Source: Octopus bimaculoides | Lineage: Eukaryota | Assembly (NCBI RefSeq): GCF_001194135.2 | Contig: NC_069002.1 | Span: forward strand, 17,388,390-17,452,389 | Length of the DNA stretch: 64,000 bases | Direction: 5' to 3' | Shown here: positions 51,001 to 63,466 of the stretch, piece after piece | Position numbering within the stretch: position 1 is the stretch's first letter | Layout: every line of letters starts with the position of its first letter | Notes under the pieces: model-generated | Told to the model about the DNA's origin: nothing | The model's input: only the letters and a program-made list of their open reading frames with translations | Databases searched by the model: none | Translations under genes and position numbers: made by a program

Positions 51001-52158
51001 TGATGTGCTTTGGTTTTTTTTTTTAAATACTTTTACTTCTGCTTGGAAATTTAGCTTGAACAGCTTGTATGCGATAGGACATAAGACTACTGAATCTGTC
51101 AGCTAATTATCTGAGTATTATGCTGAATTGTATAAATGTAAAAATATTCTAATAAATTACTTCATCTTTAAGATTAATACTCTGAAAAATTATTACTGTA
51201 TCAACAGCAGCTACTTCTCCCAGGTATTTTGACAATTAATTAACTTGTGGCATACTAATCAGCAGTGATTGAAATATAGGCATGTACAATCATATATTAA
51301 ACTAGCCGTACCTGGCCCAAATACTGCACTAATTTTATGTTCAAACTGGTCAGATCTGGCCTCTCACACTTACACTATAATGTCATTAAAAAATAACACT
51401 CACATCATTGAGATATCGAAGCTGTGAGATAATGCAGGATTAATTTAATGCAAGATGAAGAAATAAGCATTACATTTGACAGAGTGATCTGAATGCTAAA
51501 GAGTTAACGTTCATATTCTTTCCTTTTTTGAGTATACATGAATGTGTTATATGGAATTGTGCACACATTTAATTAAGTGGTTTCTCAAAGCTACTTAATT
51601 TAAAAATTGTTAATTATCCTTTTTGATAATAACGATATTATCATAGAAATATAGAACATTTAATTTCAAGAACATTTACATAGTTTATTAGTATATTATA
51701 TTAACCCTTTAGCAATTAAATCAGCCATATCTAGCCCAAATATGTTGCATGTTTTGTGTTCAAGCTGCCCCAATCTGGCCTCTCATACCTATCATACAAT
51801 GTAATTCCAAACAAAACAATCACACCATTAAAATCTCAAAGCTATGAGATAATGTAAAATTAATTCAAAACTGTGGATATATAAGTATTATATTTAACAG
51901 AGAAATCTGAATGCTAAAAGGCTGATATTATAATATGTTATATATGAAATTATTGCATTATCTTTCATGTGAAATGGTTTACTATAACCTTCATCTAATT
52001 CGTAATTTCTTTGAATTATTTTTATGAAATTCTTCCCCTTTTCAAATTATTATGAGCACATGAAACAATGATGTATTTGTTCATTGTTAACATGTTCTTG
52101 GATGGGAAATGCTTTTGACTTGGATTTTGTTTTTGGAGAACAACTTCTCCCTTTAGAC

Positions 52159-52416
52159 TAGTGATTCTTAAATGGGGTCCATATGACCCTCAAGGACCCA
52201 CATAAGATTTTGTTGTTAAAGATTATGTGGAATAAATTAGTTATACTTCTACAATATACAAAATATTTTCACAAATTTTTTTTTTTATTAAATTTCTTAT
52301 ATTTAATTATACAAATATAATAAGATTTTTAAGACATCAAATGGCTATGAGGATCCACTTCAGTAAAATAGGAATCAAAGGGGTTCATAGGTAAAAAAAA
52401 AGGTTGAGAAACACTG
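52159..52416. mobile_element. hAT-type MITE with perfect 8-bp TSD
   Basis: TAGTGATTCTTAAA / GGTTGAGAAACACTG termini; TSD CTTTAGAC at 52151-52158 and 52417-52424. Confidence 0.88.
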
Positions 52417-52711
52417 CTTTAGACAATATATGTTGACAATACACACACTTCAGTGAGAGACACTGTTCACATCTCTGAAGCTAAAACAGAACAATTGTTT
52501 TAATAGAATTCAGCAAACAAAATATTTGCTGATACATTCTAAGACCTGTGTAGTTGACATTGCATTATCATGAGTAAGCAAAAACACAAGAATCAAAGCA
52601 ATGATGTGTATATTCATTCCTAGCACATTCCAGCAGACTTGGATGTAAAAATTCGTTCTCTGTTGTTTTAAATTTTAGTAAAATTTTACTTTTTCTTTGT
52701 TCTCTCTTTAG

Positions 52712-52953
52712 ATGGGTATCAAACCTTCAGAAAGCTCGTGTCACTCGATGGGGTGGTATGATTTCTACACCAGATACTGTATTACAGGCTGTCATCAAAC
52801 GAGCCCTTATTGATAGTGGCTGTCCTCCACATATTGTTAATGAACTTATGGAAAATGCCCATGAGCGGCGCTGGCCTCGAGGGCTTGGTACCCTTGAGAC
52901 ACGACAGCTTAGTCGACGGCAGTATGAAAACTATGTAACAAAACGTATACCAG
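52712..52953 (+). CDS. RNF41: RNF41/NRDP1 coding exon (USP8-interacting C-terminal domain)
   Basis: Acceptor tctctctttag at 52711, donor GTTAGT at 52954. WVSNLQKARVTRWGGMISTPDTVLQAVIKRALIDSGCPPHIVNELMENAHERRWPRGLGTLETRQ...KRIPG is the hallmark NRDP1 C-terminal domain. Confidence 0.97.
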
Positions 52954-55201
52954 GTTAGTTCAGGTGCTTTTTTTTTTTTATTAATTTTCTTTTAGTCGCA
53001 AATATGCTCTTACTCTTCATTTCTTTGGAAAACAATGATAAGCCTTTCGAGAAGAAAGTTCCATTGTCTAATTTTATGTTTATTTTATTTTATTACTATT
53101 ATCATGTGTGTGTGTGTGTGTGTATTGGTGTTAGAACAGTCTGGAGTGATAGAGATAAAACTGAAAGTAGAATCATGTTAGTAGGTTTATGACCTATGCA
53201 CTCACACCCCTCCATGTAGACCCAGATTTAGTACTGCTAGCTAATAAGATAGTTGCCAACACAACAGGCTTGCCATGACACATTGGTGTGTTGTGATTTA
53301 AAAAAAATAATAATTCAAGCCTTTTAAAAAATTCATATTAATGCTTCGTCATCTTGAAAAATATTTTACCCATAATTTTGTTAAACATAAATATAATTAA
53401 TAAAATAAGGTAAACAATATTTACCTTTTATTTTTCTGAATTTATAATCCTAAAACAATTTCTGGGGCCAGCTACTTACATTGAAATCTTATATTATAAA
53501 AGAAGTGAATCTCCGTCTGACTGTCCATTGCAGCATCTATTAGGGAGAGGGAAGAAAAGAGGAGGAATCGAAATATACATCACAATGTACTTTTAAAAGA
53601 AGTGGGGAGAAAAAGTTGAGAGAGAAATACACGAGAGAGAGAGTTTTTGAAAGTTAGATAGTCACCATAGTAACTAACAAGTTTTGATTTAAAACAGGAA
53701 TTTTAGGTGCAAGTCTGTCAACACAATATAACACAATTAAAAAAAAAAGACTGTAATAGTTAGTTTTTTGTGGTTGTTTATGTCTGTATGTTTCTATGTC
53801 TTTCAATATATAGACAAAACAACACAAACTTTAAATAGAAGGGGAGGAGAAAAAGTTGTTGAGAGAGAAACACAGTAAGAGAGAGTGTGTGTGTGTGTAA
53901 AAGATAGGTAGGTAGTGTTGTCACCAAGTTTTGATTAAAAATGCAGGAATTTTAAATGCAAGACTTCAAAAACAGGCTATATGTGTATATATGATGCATA
54001 TAGTGTTGCTTGTTTGTGTGTGTGTTTCCATGTCTTTCAACTTATAGACAATGCAACACAGACTTTAACAAAAGATTTTCACTTTGAACAATTTATGAAG
54101 ATACATGCATGATTAACAAATATTTTTACCAACAGATTAGCAATGGGTTTCTTGCCTCCATTTGAAAGGTGTAGCAAATTCAACCAAATCAGAATTGAAT
54201 ATTTGGTGGGGGGGGGGGAATTTTAAGCATGATTGTGTGGTTAAGAAGTTTGCTTCTTGGCCACATGGGTATCAGTTTCAGTCTCACTACATGTTGCTTT
54301 GGGCTAGTGTTTTCTACAACTACCTTAAATCCACCATAAAGCCTTTTGAGTGGTTTTGGTGGATGGAAATTGAACGAAACCCATTGTGTGTGTGTGTGTG
54401 TGAGATCATCATTTAACGTCCCTTTTTACCATACTGCCATGGGTTGGACAGTTTGACATAAACTGACAAGCCAGTGGGTTGCACTGAGCTCCATTATCTG
54501 CTTTGGCATCAAGGTTTCTATAGCTGGATGTGCTTCCAAACACCAACTACTTCGCAGAGTGTACAGCATGCTTTTTTTTCATAGCACCAGCACTGGTGAG
54601 GTTAGCAAGTAACTCACAAGGCAAGATGCCTCGACTGAATGAGGTATAGTATTGAGGGACAGAAGTGTCTTGCTGAAGAGGTGAATACATGGCTTCACCT
54701 CTTGGAAAGATAGAGAGAGAGAGAGAGAGATGGGATAAAGGAACAGAAAAGGTAAATGGGTAAGTAAGTCCACTTGGGTGAAAATAGTACAATAGATGAT
54801 CAGAGAATGGGATTGAGTCAGATGCAATGAATTTGGGGTGAGGATAAAGAGAAAGGAAATAGGAGTGGGTCAGAGAGGAGAAGGTGGCAAGGGACAGCGT
54901 AGTGAGGATATGATATAAAGTGTAGGGGGGGGATAAGTGATATCATTTACAGTGCCTAGGTGACTGGACACTGATTGAAGAATGGGTGTTAGAAGATGAG
55001 TTGTACCCATTAGAAAATATTACCTTAGAAATAGGTGAGGATTGGCAACAGGAGGGTCATCTAACCGTAGAAAAATCTGCCTCAGCAAATTCTATTGAAC
55101 CCAAGCAAGTATGGAAAAGTGTACATTAAAACAACAACGATAATGATGATGACGATGAGTCTCCTGTTTACTGATACCATTTATTTTTGTGTTCTTGAAA
55201 G

Positions 55202-55305
55202 GAAAACAAGCTGTGGTGGTCATGTCATGTGAAAATGAACACATGCCGGAAGACTTAATACTGGAACCAGGTCTTGTAATGATCTTCGCGCATGGTGTGG
55301 AATGA
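55202..55305 (+). CDS. RNF41: RNF41/NRDP1 last coding exon
   Basis: Uncommon AAG acceptor (gttcttgaaag) at 55201. (G)KQAVVVMSCENEHMPEDLILEPGLVMIFAHGVE then TGA at 55303-55305. The five exons total 858 nt (285 aa + stop); adding the usual 30-aa first exon gives 315 aa versus 317 for human. Confidence 0.96.
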
Positions 55306-55547
55306 GGTAAGGTCTTATTGTTCCGTTTGGTCATTCTTTCTTAGAATACAACAAATATTACTGAAACATTGATATGTTTATCGTGTGTAGAAATATTTTA
55401 AAGAATAAGTCTACTGGCCAGTTAATGCAAGCACGTTTTCAGCTGATGGAAAATAATACAAAAGGCACAGTTCTCATTGCATTTTAAGCAAAGAAAATCT
55501 TGGCTGGGTTTTGTGCGTAGATTATAAACAATGAAGTATAATCTGGT

Positions 55548-55934
55548 GTGGAGGCGCAATGGCCCAGTGGTTAGGCAGCGGACTCGCGGTCATAGGATCG
55601 CGGTTTAGATTCCCAGACCGGGCGTTGTGAGTGTTTATTGAGCGAAAACACCTAAAGCTCCACGAGGCTCCGGCAGGGGATGGTGGCGAACCCTGCTGTA
55701 TTCTTTCACCACAACTTTCTCTCACTCTTACTTCCTGTTTCTGTTGTGCCTGTAATTCAAAGGGTCAGCCTTGTCATACTGTGTCATGCTGAATATCCCC
55801 GAGAACTACGTTAAGGGTACACGTGTCTGTGGAGTGCTCAGCCACTTGCACGTTAATTTCACGAGCAGGCTGTTCCGTTGATCGGATCAACTGGAACCCT
55901 CGACGTCGTAAGTGACGGAGTGCCAACAACAACA
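55548..55934 (+). mobile_element. Young tRNA-derived SINE, full-length, with 10-bp TSD
   Basis: Head GGAGGCGCAATGGCCCAGTGGTTAGGCAGCGGACTCGCGG...GGTTTAGATTCCC with A/B-box-like motifs; (CAA)n tail; TSD ATAATCTGGT at 55538-55547 and 55935-55944. Confidence 0.92.
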
Positions 55935-56643
55935 ATAATCTGGTATTGAATTTTGGCACAAGGTCAAGAATTTCAGGGGAAGGGGGAAGTCAATTACATC
56001 AACCTCAGCATTCAATTCGTTATTTTATTGACCCCAAAAGGATGAAAAGCAAAGTTGACCTCAGTGGAATTTGAACTAAGAATGTGAATACAGACAAAAT
56101 GCCACAAAGCATTTTTGCATTTTGCCTGGTGTGCTAACGATTCTGCCAGCAATAAAAACAGACACTGCACCTTTAGCATTAAGTAATATCCTGACTTGTA
56201 TATGCAGATATCTGTATCTGTAAATGCTTGAACATTGTCAATGAGTGTCATCTGTTAATCTCATAATCAATTCGCATGTATAAAGAGATGCATAAACTTG
56301 CATATGAACATAGCAGAAAATAAAACTATGAACTGCAATATAAAGTTAATTTCAACTAGTAGCTATGGGTATTTATATGAAGCACCTGAATAAATACCTA
56401 AGTTTGGACCATAACCACATGCTAAAGGTTGGTCCAATGACTAAGGTCAAGCAGTAGTGACCTTATAGTTGAGTGGTGCTGTAGAAATAGTCGCCCACAT
56501 CAAAGTACTTGGAACTAAATCATTCTGGCCTGATATTACATTAGAGCTGTTAAATCACATCAAGGTTCAAAAAAAAAAAAGAGGGCAATAGTTAAAAAAA
56601 ACTTGAGAAATGCTGCATTGGAATCTGCTACTAACAGCTAATA

Positions 56644-56822
56644 ATCCTTTCTACTTTAGGCACAAGGCCCGAAATTTTGGGGGAAGGGGCCAGTTGATTA
56701 GATCGACCCTAGTACGCAACCGGTACTTAATATATCGACCCCGAAAGGATGAAAGTAAAAACAGATGAAATACTGCTAAGCATTTTGCCCGGCGTGCTAA
56801 CGTTTCTGCCAGCTTGCTACCT
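56644..56822 (-). mobile_element. SINE family B copy with internal deletion and 15-bp TSD
   Basis: TSD TACTAACAGCTAATA at 56629-56643 and 56823-56837. Confidence 0.88.
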
Positions 56823-57400
56823 TACTAACAGCTAATATTGAGAAAAGAAATTAAAATGAGCTAAGGGATGTAACTCGAATGGACCAATGGGGATAATGTA
56901 ATGCCGTTTTCAAAAAACTCTTAATTGGAATTTCCCCCTTTGGAGAAAGGAGTGAAAAACGTAGCAGCAAGGGGAAATAACTTCAGGAAACTGAAAATGA
57001 ATTTCTCAAAATTACATTACTGAGGCAAGGGTCATGTCTTTGCTTGCAGGTATGGGACAACTATGAACATGTTGTTTCCATGCTATTAGATCTCATCAGT
57101 ATAGTACAATCTAACAAAGCTACAGATTTTTATGGCTAATGAGAGATTGGCTAAGAATTTCTTGAAAATATTTTGCTATTAGATGACTTCTCAGCAACTA
57201 ATCAACAACTTTTGATAAATTGTCTTTCACTTTTAGACGATTTTCATGTCTCCTCTTCACTACATTGTAGTAGATTTTTGTTTAAGATTGTGTCAGTTAT
57301 CAGTTTGCAGAACTGCAACGAAACTTAACACTTCATAGTAGCTACTGCTGTTAAGAATTACACAGAAACAAATCAAAGTTTCCATCTCTCTCTCTGTATA

Positions 57401-57559
57401 CAGTGGTGGCCAAAAATTTGGAACATTTTTTAAAAATTAAAATTATTATGCTCAAGTACAATTTTATCCATATATATATATATACAATGTATATATTTGG
57501 GCATTTAGTATAAAAATTCTAATTCTCATACTTATGTTCCAAACTTTTGACCATGACTG
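57401..57559. mobile_element. Tc1-like MITE (159 bp) with TA TSD
   Basis: TA|CAGTGGTGGCCAAAAATTTGGAACA ... TGTTCCAAACTTTTGACCATGACTG|TA; 21/25 TIR match. Confidence 0.85.
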
Positions 57560-58619
57560 TATATAATATATATAAAATTTTGTTAAGATTTATGTGCAAT
57601 AAATTGCTTATACTTCTACAATACAAAAAATATTTTAATTATTTTTATATAATTCCTGATATAATCATGGCTAACAGCCAATAAAGTTTCATCAGAGAAT
57701 ATTGTAGCAACTGAATGTCAAGAAACAACATGGTTGTTGATCACAGTGATGAGTTGTTGCTGTTCCTCATCCAGAGCAGCTCTGACTAATAAGATCTATG
57801 ATCAAAGACATTCCAGCCATGACCATATCTATTTATTTTTAGTTTTTAGGGCACAGGTATTATCAAATGTGCCCTTACCGTTTTCAAAAAGGGCAGAGGT
57901 TGTCATTTGAGGAAGATTTGACTGCTATATCTAGCTGGTTGAGTGATTACATGAATCTTCCCTCATCATTGGTACTACTATAAAGTAGAAGAGATTGAAA
58001 GACCTGTTCTATGTAGATTTTTCATCTGAGACAAGGGCCCACTAACAGGGAGTGCACTTGCACCCCCTAAAATTTTGTTGGGGTGCAAAATTCAATATTG
58101 TACAACCTACTTACCTTTCTCAGGCTTAGAAAATAGTGTTTAAAAATTGATCTGTAGAAAGCTAGTTGAAGTTAGGTTTCTTCACAAAACAAGAACAAAA
58201 AACTAAAATGAATAAAAAGAAAACTCCCCAAATCCCTAGAAAGATATATTGCTGAACTAAAGCATCCTTAACATGAAAATTGAAATTATTATTTTTATAA
58301 ATATATATATATATATATNNNNNNNNNNNNNNNNNNNNNNNNNNNNNNNNNNNNNNNNNNNNNNNNNNNNNNNNNNNNNNNNNNNNNNNNNNNNNNNNNN
58401 NNNNNNNNNNNNNNNNNNATATATATATAAATAAGATAGATAGAAAGGTCCTGAAAAATTAAAAGGTAACAAGTGACATGCAAAACTCAGCAAATGCAAA
58501 GAAAGTTAACAACATGCAAATACATGATAAAGAAAGAAGTACAGGAAAAAAAATACAATTCAATACAACAGGCACTATAGGCCAGTTCATATATAGTTTT
58601 ACACAGTTTTTTGGGCTAA

Positions 58620-59895
58620 TGGACATGACAACCACTGGGTTATCGTGACATGTGTTGGTGGCGGGGGAGGTGCGTGTGATGATGCAGTATCTACTTCCTG
58701 TTGTACAGTGTGTGAGGGTGAAGTATGAGGCTCTGGTGTAAGAGCATCTGTATAAGCCTATTTAAGTCTATCAACCGAGACTGTTCCTTGAGAAACATTT
58801 ATGTCTATGGTGAAATGTTTATTCGAATGAGAAAGGACATGATAAGGTCCTGAGTAAGGTGGCGTGAGGGGTCTTTTCACTGCATTGTTTCTAACAAATG
58901 TGTCCATGAGGCAATATCCCTCAGGACTGAAGATTTGATGGCTTGTTGCCGATTGTTCACAGGTGGTAATTTCTGGAAATAGGAATGCAGGTGGTTAACA
59001 TAAAGTGCCTGATCTTGAGTGACAAGATTGACTGGGGTAAGTATCTGCCTTGGCAAAGACAGAGGAGCACTGTACAATAGTTCAGCTGGGGAGTATCCCA
59101 GATCCTCCTTGAATGCAGTCCGAATACCAAGGAGTACTAAGGGAAGGTACTCACTCCAGTGCTGAGTGTCATGATAAGTAATGAAATGCAGCTTTTAGCT
59201 GGCAATGGGAACACTACCATTCTGTTTGATGCCAGATGATAGCTGGTAGTCTGAACCCATTGGGCACCAATGTTTTTTGTTAGCTCAGAAAAAAGGTGGG
59301 ATTCAAGTTGTCCACCACAGTCTGTAATAATGATGGTAGAAACACCATAACATGATATTCATCCTGACACCAGAGCTTGTGCTATAGATCCAGTAATGTT
59401 ACTTAACAGAATTGCTTTGGGCCATCAGGTGAAGCAGAAGTCAAGATGTATGTAAATCCCTGACTGACAGGCCAGGGTCCCATGAGATTGATATGTATGT
59501 GGCAAAAATGTGCATCCAGAGTACTAGAAGTTCTGAGAGGAGCATGGATGTGCTTATGCACCTTTGACTTTGAGTATTGGAGGCAAGATAGAGTCCATAT
59601 AGTAATATCTCATCTCATATGTGGTCAGAAGAATCTAGCCATTATAAGCTTTACTGTGGTCGAAACTCCAGGGTGTGAAAGACTAAAGATTCAAATACTG
59701 ATTGACAATGAATTCCTGGAATGAAATAATGAGGCAAATCCATCAAGACATCACACAAAATCTGCCTGTCAGAAGTTGGTAGAGGCAGCGACTTGAATTT
59801 GCATATTGCAAATTCAGGATATGTGTCCAGTGAGTCCAGAGGAAGTTGATCTGAGGACAAAACAGTCAGGTCGATCTCTGGAGTGGATGCCAATG
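58620..59895 (-). mobile_element. Decayed Ty3/Gypsy integrase fragment
   Basis: SHPGVSTTVKL (HHCC region), TTSYH...QLKAA, WSEYLPLVLLGIRTAFKEDLGYSPAELLY. No LTR recognised. Confidence 0.88.
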
Positions 59896-59899
59896 AATT

Positions 59900-60230
59900 G
59901 ATCAGCAGATGAGACAAAGCATTTTTCTCAGTTCTGGTTGCAGGTCTCCCAGAACGTTCATCAATATTGATATTTTTTTGGCATCTTCAAAACATCTGAA
60001 CCATTCGTATGCTTGTGTGCAGCTCATACACTCCTCTCCATATACTTTCTGCAACTTTGTGCAGGCCTCTGAGCAGGTATCACCTTGACAACGTTCTCTG
60101 TCACGGTCAATGTAATGATCACATGCTACACACCTTCCCTCCAAGCACTGCTGTAAACAGTGGAAGTGAGTGAGAACATTAAAACTTAGTGGGCATGCGC
60201 AACAGAGTTCAAGGTCAATCTTTGCCAAGC
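59900..60230 (-). mobile_element. Mariner N-terminal HTH fragment
   Basis: GDTCSEACTKLQKVYGEECMSCTQAYEWFRCFED. Confidence 0.82.
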
Positions 60231-60586
60231 AACTTCACTCTGCATGCTTTAGCTTCATTAATATGGCAACAGTCCAGATACCTATTCATCAGACCTCATA
60301 TATAGTAAAAAATATTATTATACCTGTGATTGTTTTGACATTAACATTGAAAAAAAAAAATCAGCTTTGTTTATAAGAAAGTTTGGACCCGAGCTTGCAC
60401 CCACTAAACAAATTTCATTAATGGGCTACTGGTCTGAAATGATGTAGGATGATCTTGGTTCATCCACCCCATGCCAACATGGCAGTGGTGCAGTGGCACA
60501 ACATTTTTAAAGAAACAAAATGTAGTAATAATCCACAGATTAGGGGGCATTATACTTGCCTTGCGCTAGGTGCTGGTAATCTACAC

Positions 60587-60861
60587 CAGGGGTTTTCAAA
60601 CTTTTTGACTTGCGGACCCCTTTATATTTCAGGCTTTACCTTAGGGACCCCCTTATAAACGCTTATGAAATTTATACATAAATATTTGCTTAAAATAACA
60701 TATTTTTACATTTATTTATTTAACAGTATTTAACAAATAGGTTTATTGTCTATTAAAAGATTTCGATTAAAAAACATATAAAATCAAATTGCCCATAAAA
60801 AGTATTTGCTGTCCACGGACCCCCTGTCTTATCCTTACAGACCACAGTTTGAAAACCCCTT
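60587..60861. mobile_element. hAT-type MITE
   Basis: CAGGGGTTTTCAAACT / AGTTTGAAAACCCCT(t) termini; 8-bp TSD ATCTACAC / ATTTACAC (one mismatch). Confidence 0.85.
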
Positions 60862-60958
60862 ATTTACACCACACTACTGCAATGTGAGACAAAAGATTGT
60901 TGAAATGATGATTAGAATTCAGCTCAATTTTATCAGTGTTTTTTTTCTTCTATTTCAG

Positions 60959-62070
60959 AATGATGCAAGGGTTTTTCTTTTGGTAATCCTATGGTGACTA
61001 CTGCTGTTGCGGAAAACAAGGAGATTGGTTTCTGCATCATTCATTTATCTGTCTGTCTGTCTCTCTTTCTCTTTCTTCAACCTTAAGTAAGGATGAGAAG
61101 GTTTACGAGGATGGGGCTGCTGCTGCTGCTGTCATTGCTGCTGAAGGGGAAAGTGTGACTGCTGCAGATCTAGCCGAGTGTTGTATGACCAACAACAAGG
61201 AGATTGTACAGCTGACTGGAGCGTGAAGCCTGTGAATGGACGAATGTGTGCATACATGCATGCATGCATGCCTGCGTGCATGTCTTTAATGTTTCTGCAT
61301 GCATCTTTTTTTTTCTCCCCCCCAACCAACCAACCAATTGTGTTTGATACTGTGGCTTCTGCTACTGTTGACTTCGGAACCATTCTCTCTGATATTTCAA
61401 TCAATTTGTTATCAATGCTTTTAACCTTCCCCTCAACAACAAAATAAAAATATACAAGAAAAATTACCAAATAAGGACATGACAACAACAAGAAATAAAT
61501 ACAAAATATTACCCCTTGTTGCTGCAACCAACTGTATTTTCGAATTTTATCCAAATTTTCCATACATACTCCCTTTTTCTATTTGTTCGTTTCTTGAAAG
61601 ATGGCAAGAGTGAAAGAAAATGATTAAAAATGCATTTGTGGATGTGGATTTTTTTTCCTATTAATTGGGTAAAACTGGATAAAAACTTGCCTTCTCATTC
61701 AATGTTTCGGCCCTGTAACACTGCTGCTTCTATTCTAGTCTTTGAAAAAGAAATGAAAGCTTTGAAGACAGCTAGAATGAAGGAATCTAATGGAGACTAA
61801 CAGACTGAGCTAAAATTTACTCTTGAAGACCTACGAGAGAGGCTCACTGGAGGAAGAGGTAATGTTCCATGTTTTGAAAGGACTTTTTTTCCTCCCTTTA
61901 GGCTTGAACTGTGAAAATGAAGAAAAAAATTGTGTGATCTAAGTTGGTTGTTGTTTTAAATAATTTTTATGTGTTTATTGTTTTATATCTTGCAACTATT
62001 ATTATAATTTTTTTTTTAATCTCAGGGGCCTGCTTTATTTGTTGAATAAATAAACCAGGATGAATGTGGA
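60959..62070 (+). other. RNF41: Putative non-coding terminal (3' UTR) exon of RNF41
   Basis: Strong acceptor tttttttcttctatttcag at 60958; a transposon-free stretch follows; pairs with the GAG|GTAAGG donor at 55306/55307. No transcript evidence is available. Confidence 0.55.
62045..62054 (+). terminator. Candidate polyadenylation signal (overlapping AATAAA hexamers)
   Basis: AATAAATAAA followed ~25 nt later by a GU/U-rich element (tgtgttgttttctgttt). Other AATAAA hexamers at 61443 and 61494. Confidence 0.45.
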
Positions 62071-63466
62071 CTCACTGTGTTGTTTTCTGTTTAATTTGAT
62101 TTACTGAATCATGATGAATTCTGTATACCTATCTTTCTTTCAAACTCAACCCCTCCTGCTTCTCCCACAACACATACGATATTTTACTCCTACATATTAA
62201 CATTTCAATGCATCATTTTTTCTTAAGAGAAAGACTTAAAAATTCAAAATTCATTTTTAAAGGTCCACTGTCTTTCCTTTTCTTTACATCAACACTTTGT
62301 CCATCATGAAAGTATTCTTTCTCTCATTAATGGCTCTTTTATTACTTTAAACCATCTCATCTAGAGTTGTTAATTCCTTTGTTACCATATTTTTGTTGAA
62401 ATACACTATGGTCATGAAGGCAGATGCATCAAGAAATCCCAATCTCTAATTGTGGGAAAGAACATACGGAAGGGGTAGACCCAGAAAGATATAGGATGAA
62501 GTGATGAGAAAGGATTTTCAGACATTAGGCCCTATATTTCGCTTCAGCTAAGCAATCCTAATCTTGTGGGTTAATGGGTGCTGGTGCACATAAAAAAACC
62601 ACCCATGCTGGTGCCTTGTAAAAATACCAGTGCTGCATAAAAGCACTCAGGAAAGTGGTTGGTATTAAGAAGGGCATCCAGTCGTAGAAACCATGCCAAA
62701 ACAGATGTGGAGCCCAGGCAACTCTTCAACTGACCATCTCCTGTCAAACCATCCAGCCCATGCCAGCATGGAAAACAGACGTTCACTGATGATGATCAAA
62801 GAAGAATTTAGTAAAATAACTGTCACTATTAAGCTGGTTTTTAGAACATAAATTAACATTATCTTGATGAAAAGTTTTCAGTGAGATCACTGTAGTTGTA
62901 TCACAGAATCTGGGATGGTCTCAACTGGGTTCATTATCATCATCGTTTAACATCCGTTTTTCTATGCTGGCACTGGTTGAACGGTTTGACTGGGGACTGG
63001 CAAGCCAGGAGGCTGCACCAGGCTCCAATCTGATCTGGCAAGGTTTCTACAGCTGGATGTCCTTCCCAACTCCAACCACTCCAAGAGTGTAGTGGGTGCT
63101 TTTTATAGCCACCAGCATGGAAGCCAGTCAGGCAGCACTGGCATTGGCCATGTTCGGAGGGTGCTTTTTACATGCCACCAGCACAGGAGCCAGTTAGGGT
63201 GAGGAGGTGTGAAATGCAAAATTTTTGTATTTCATGTTCACGTTTTATGACATTTTGTACCCATATATGCAGATGTATATACATATATAAGTATATACAT
63301 ATATATATATATATATANNNNNNNNNNNNNNNNNNNNNNNNNNNNNNNNNNNNNNNNNNNNNNNNNNNNNNNNNNNNNNNNNNNNNNNNNNNNNNNNNNN
63401 NNNNNNNNNNNNNNNNNNNNNNNNNNNNNNNNNNNNNNNNNNNNNNNNNNNNNNNNNNNNNNNNNN

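Noticed and set aside
55550-55625. tRNA-like sequence with A and B boxes
   Set aside because: It continues into a 300-nt body, (CAA)n tail and TSD, so it is a SINE head rather than a tRNA gene.
61132-61563. 143-aa minus-strand ORF in the putative 3' UTR
   Set aside because: No recognisable domain; built from (GCT)n and (GCAT)n tracts; better explained as the antisense of UTR sequence.
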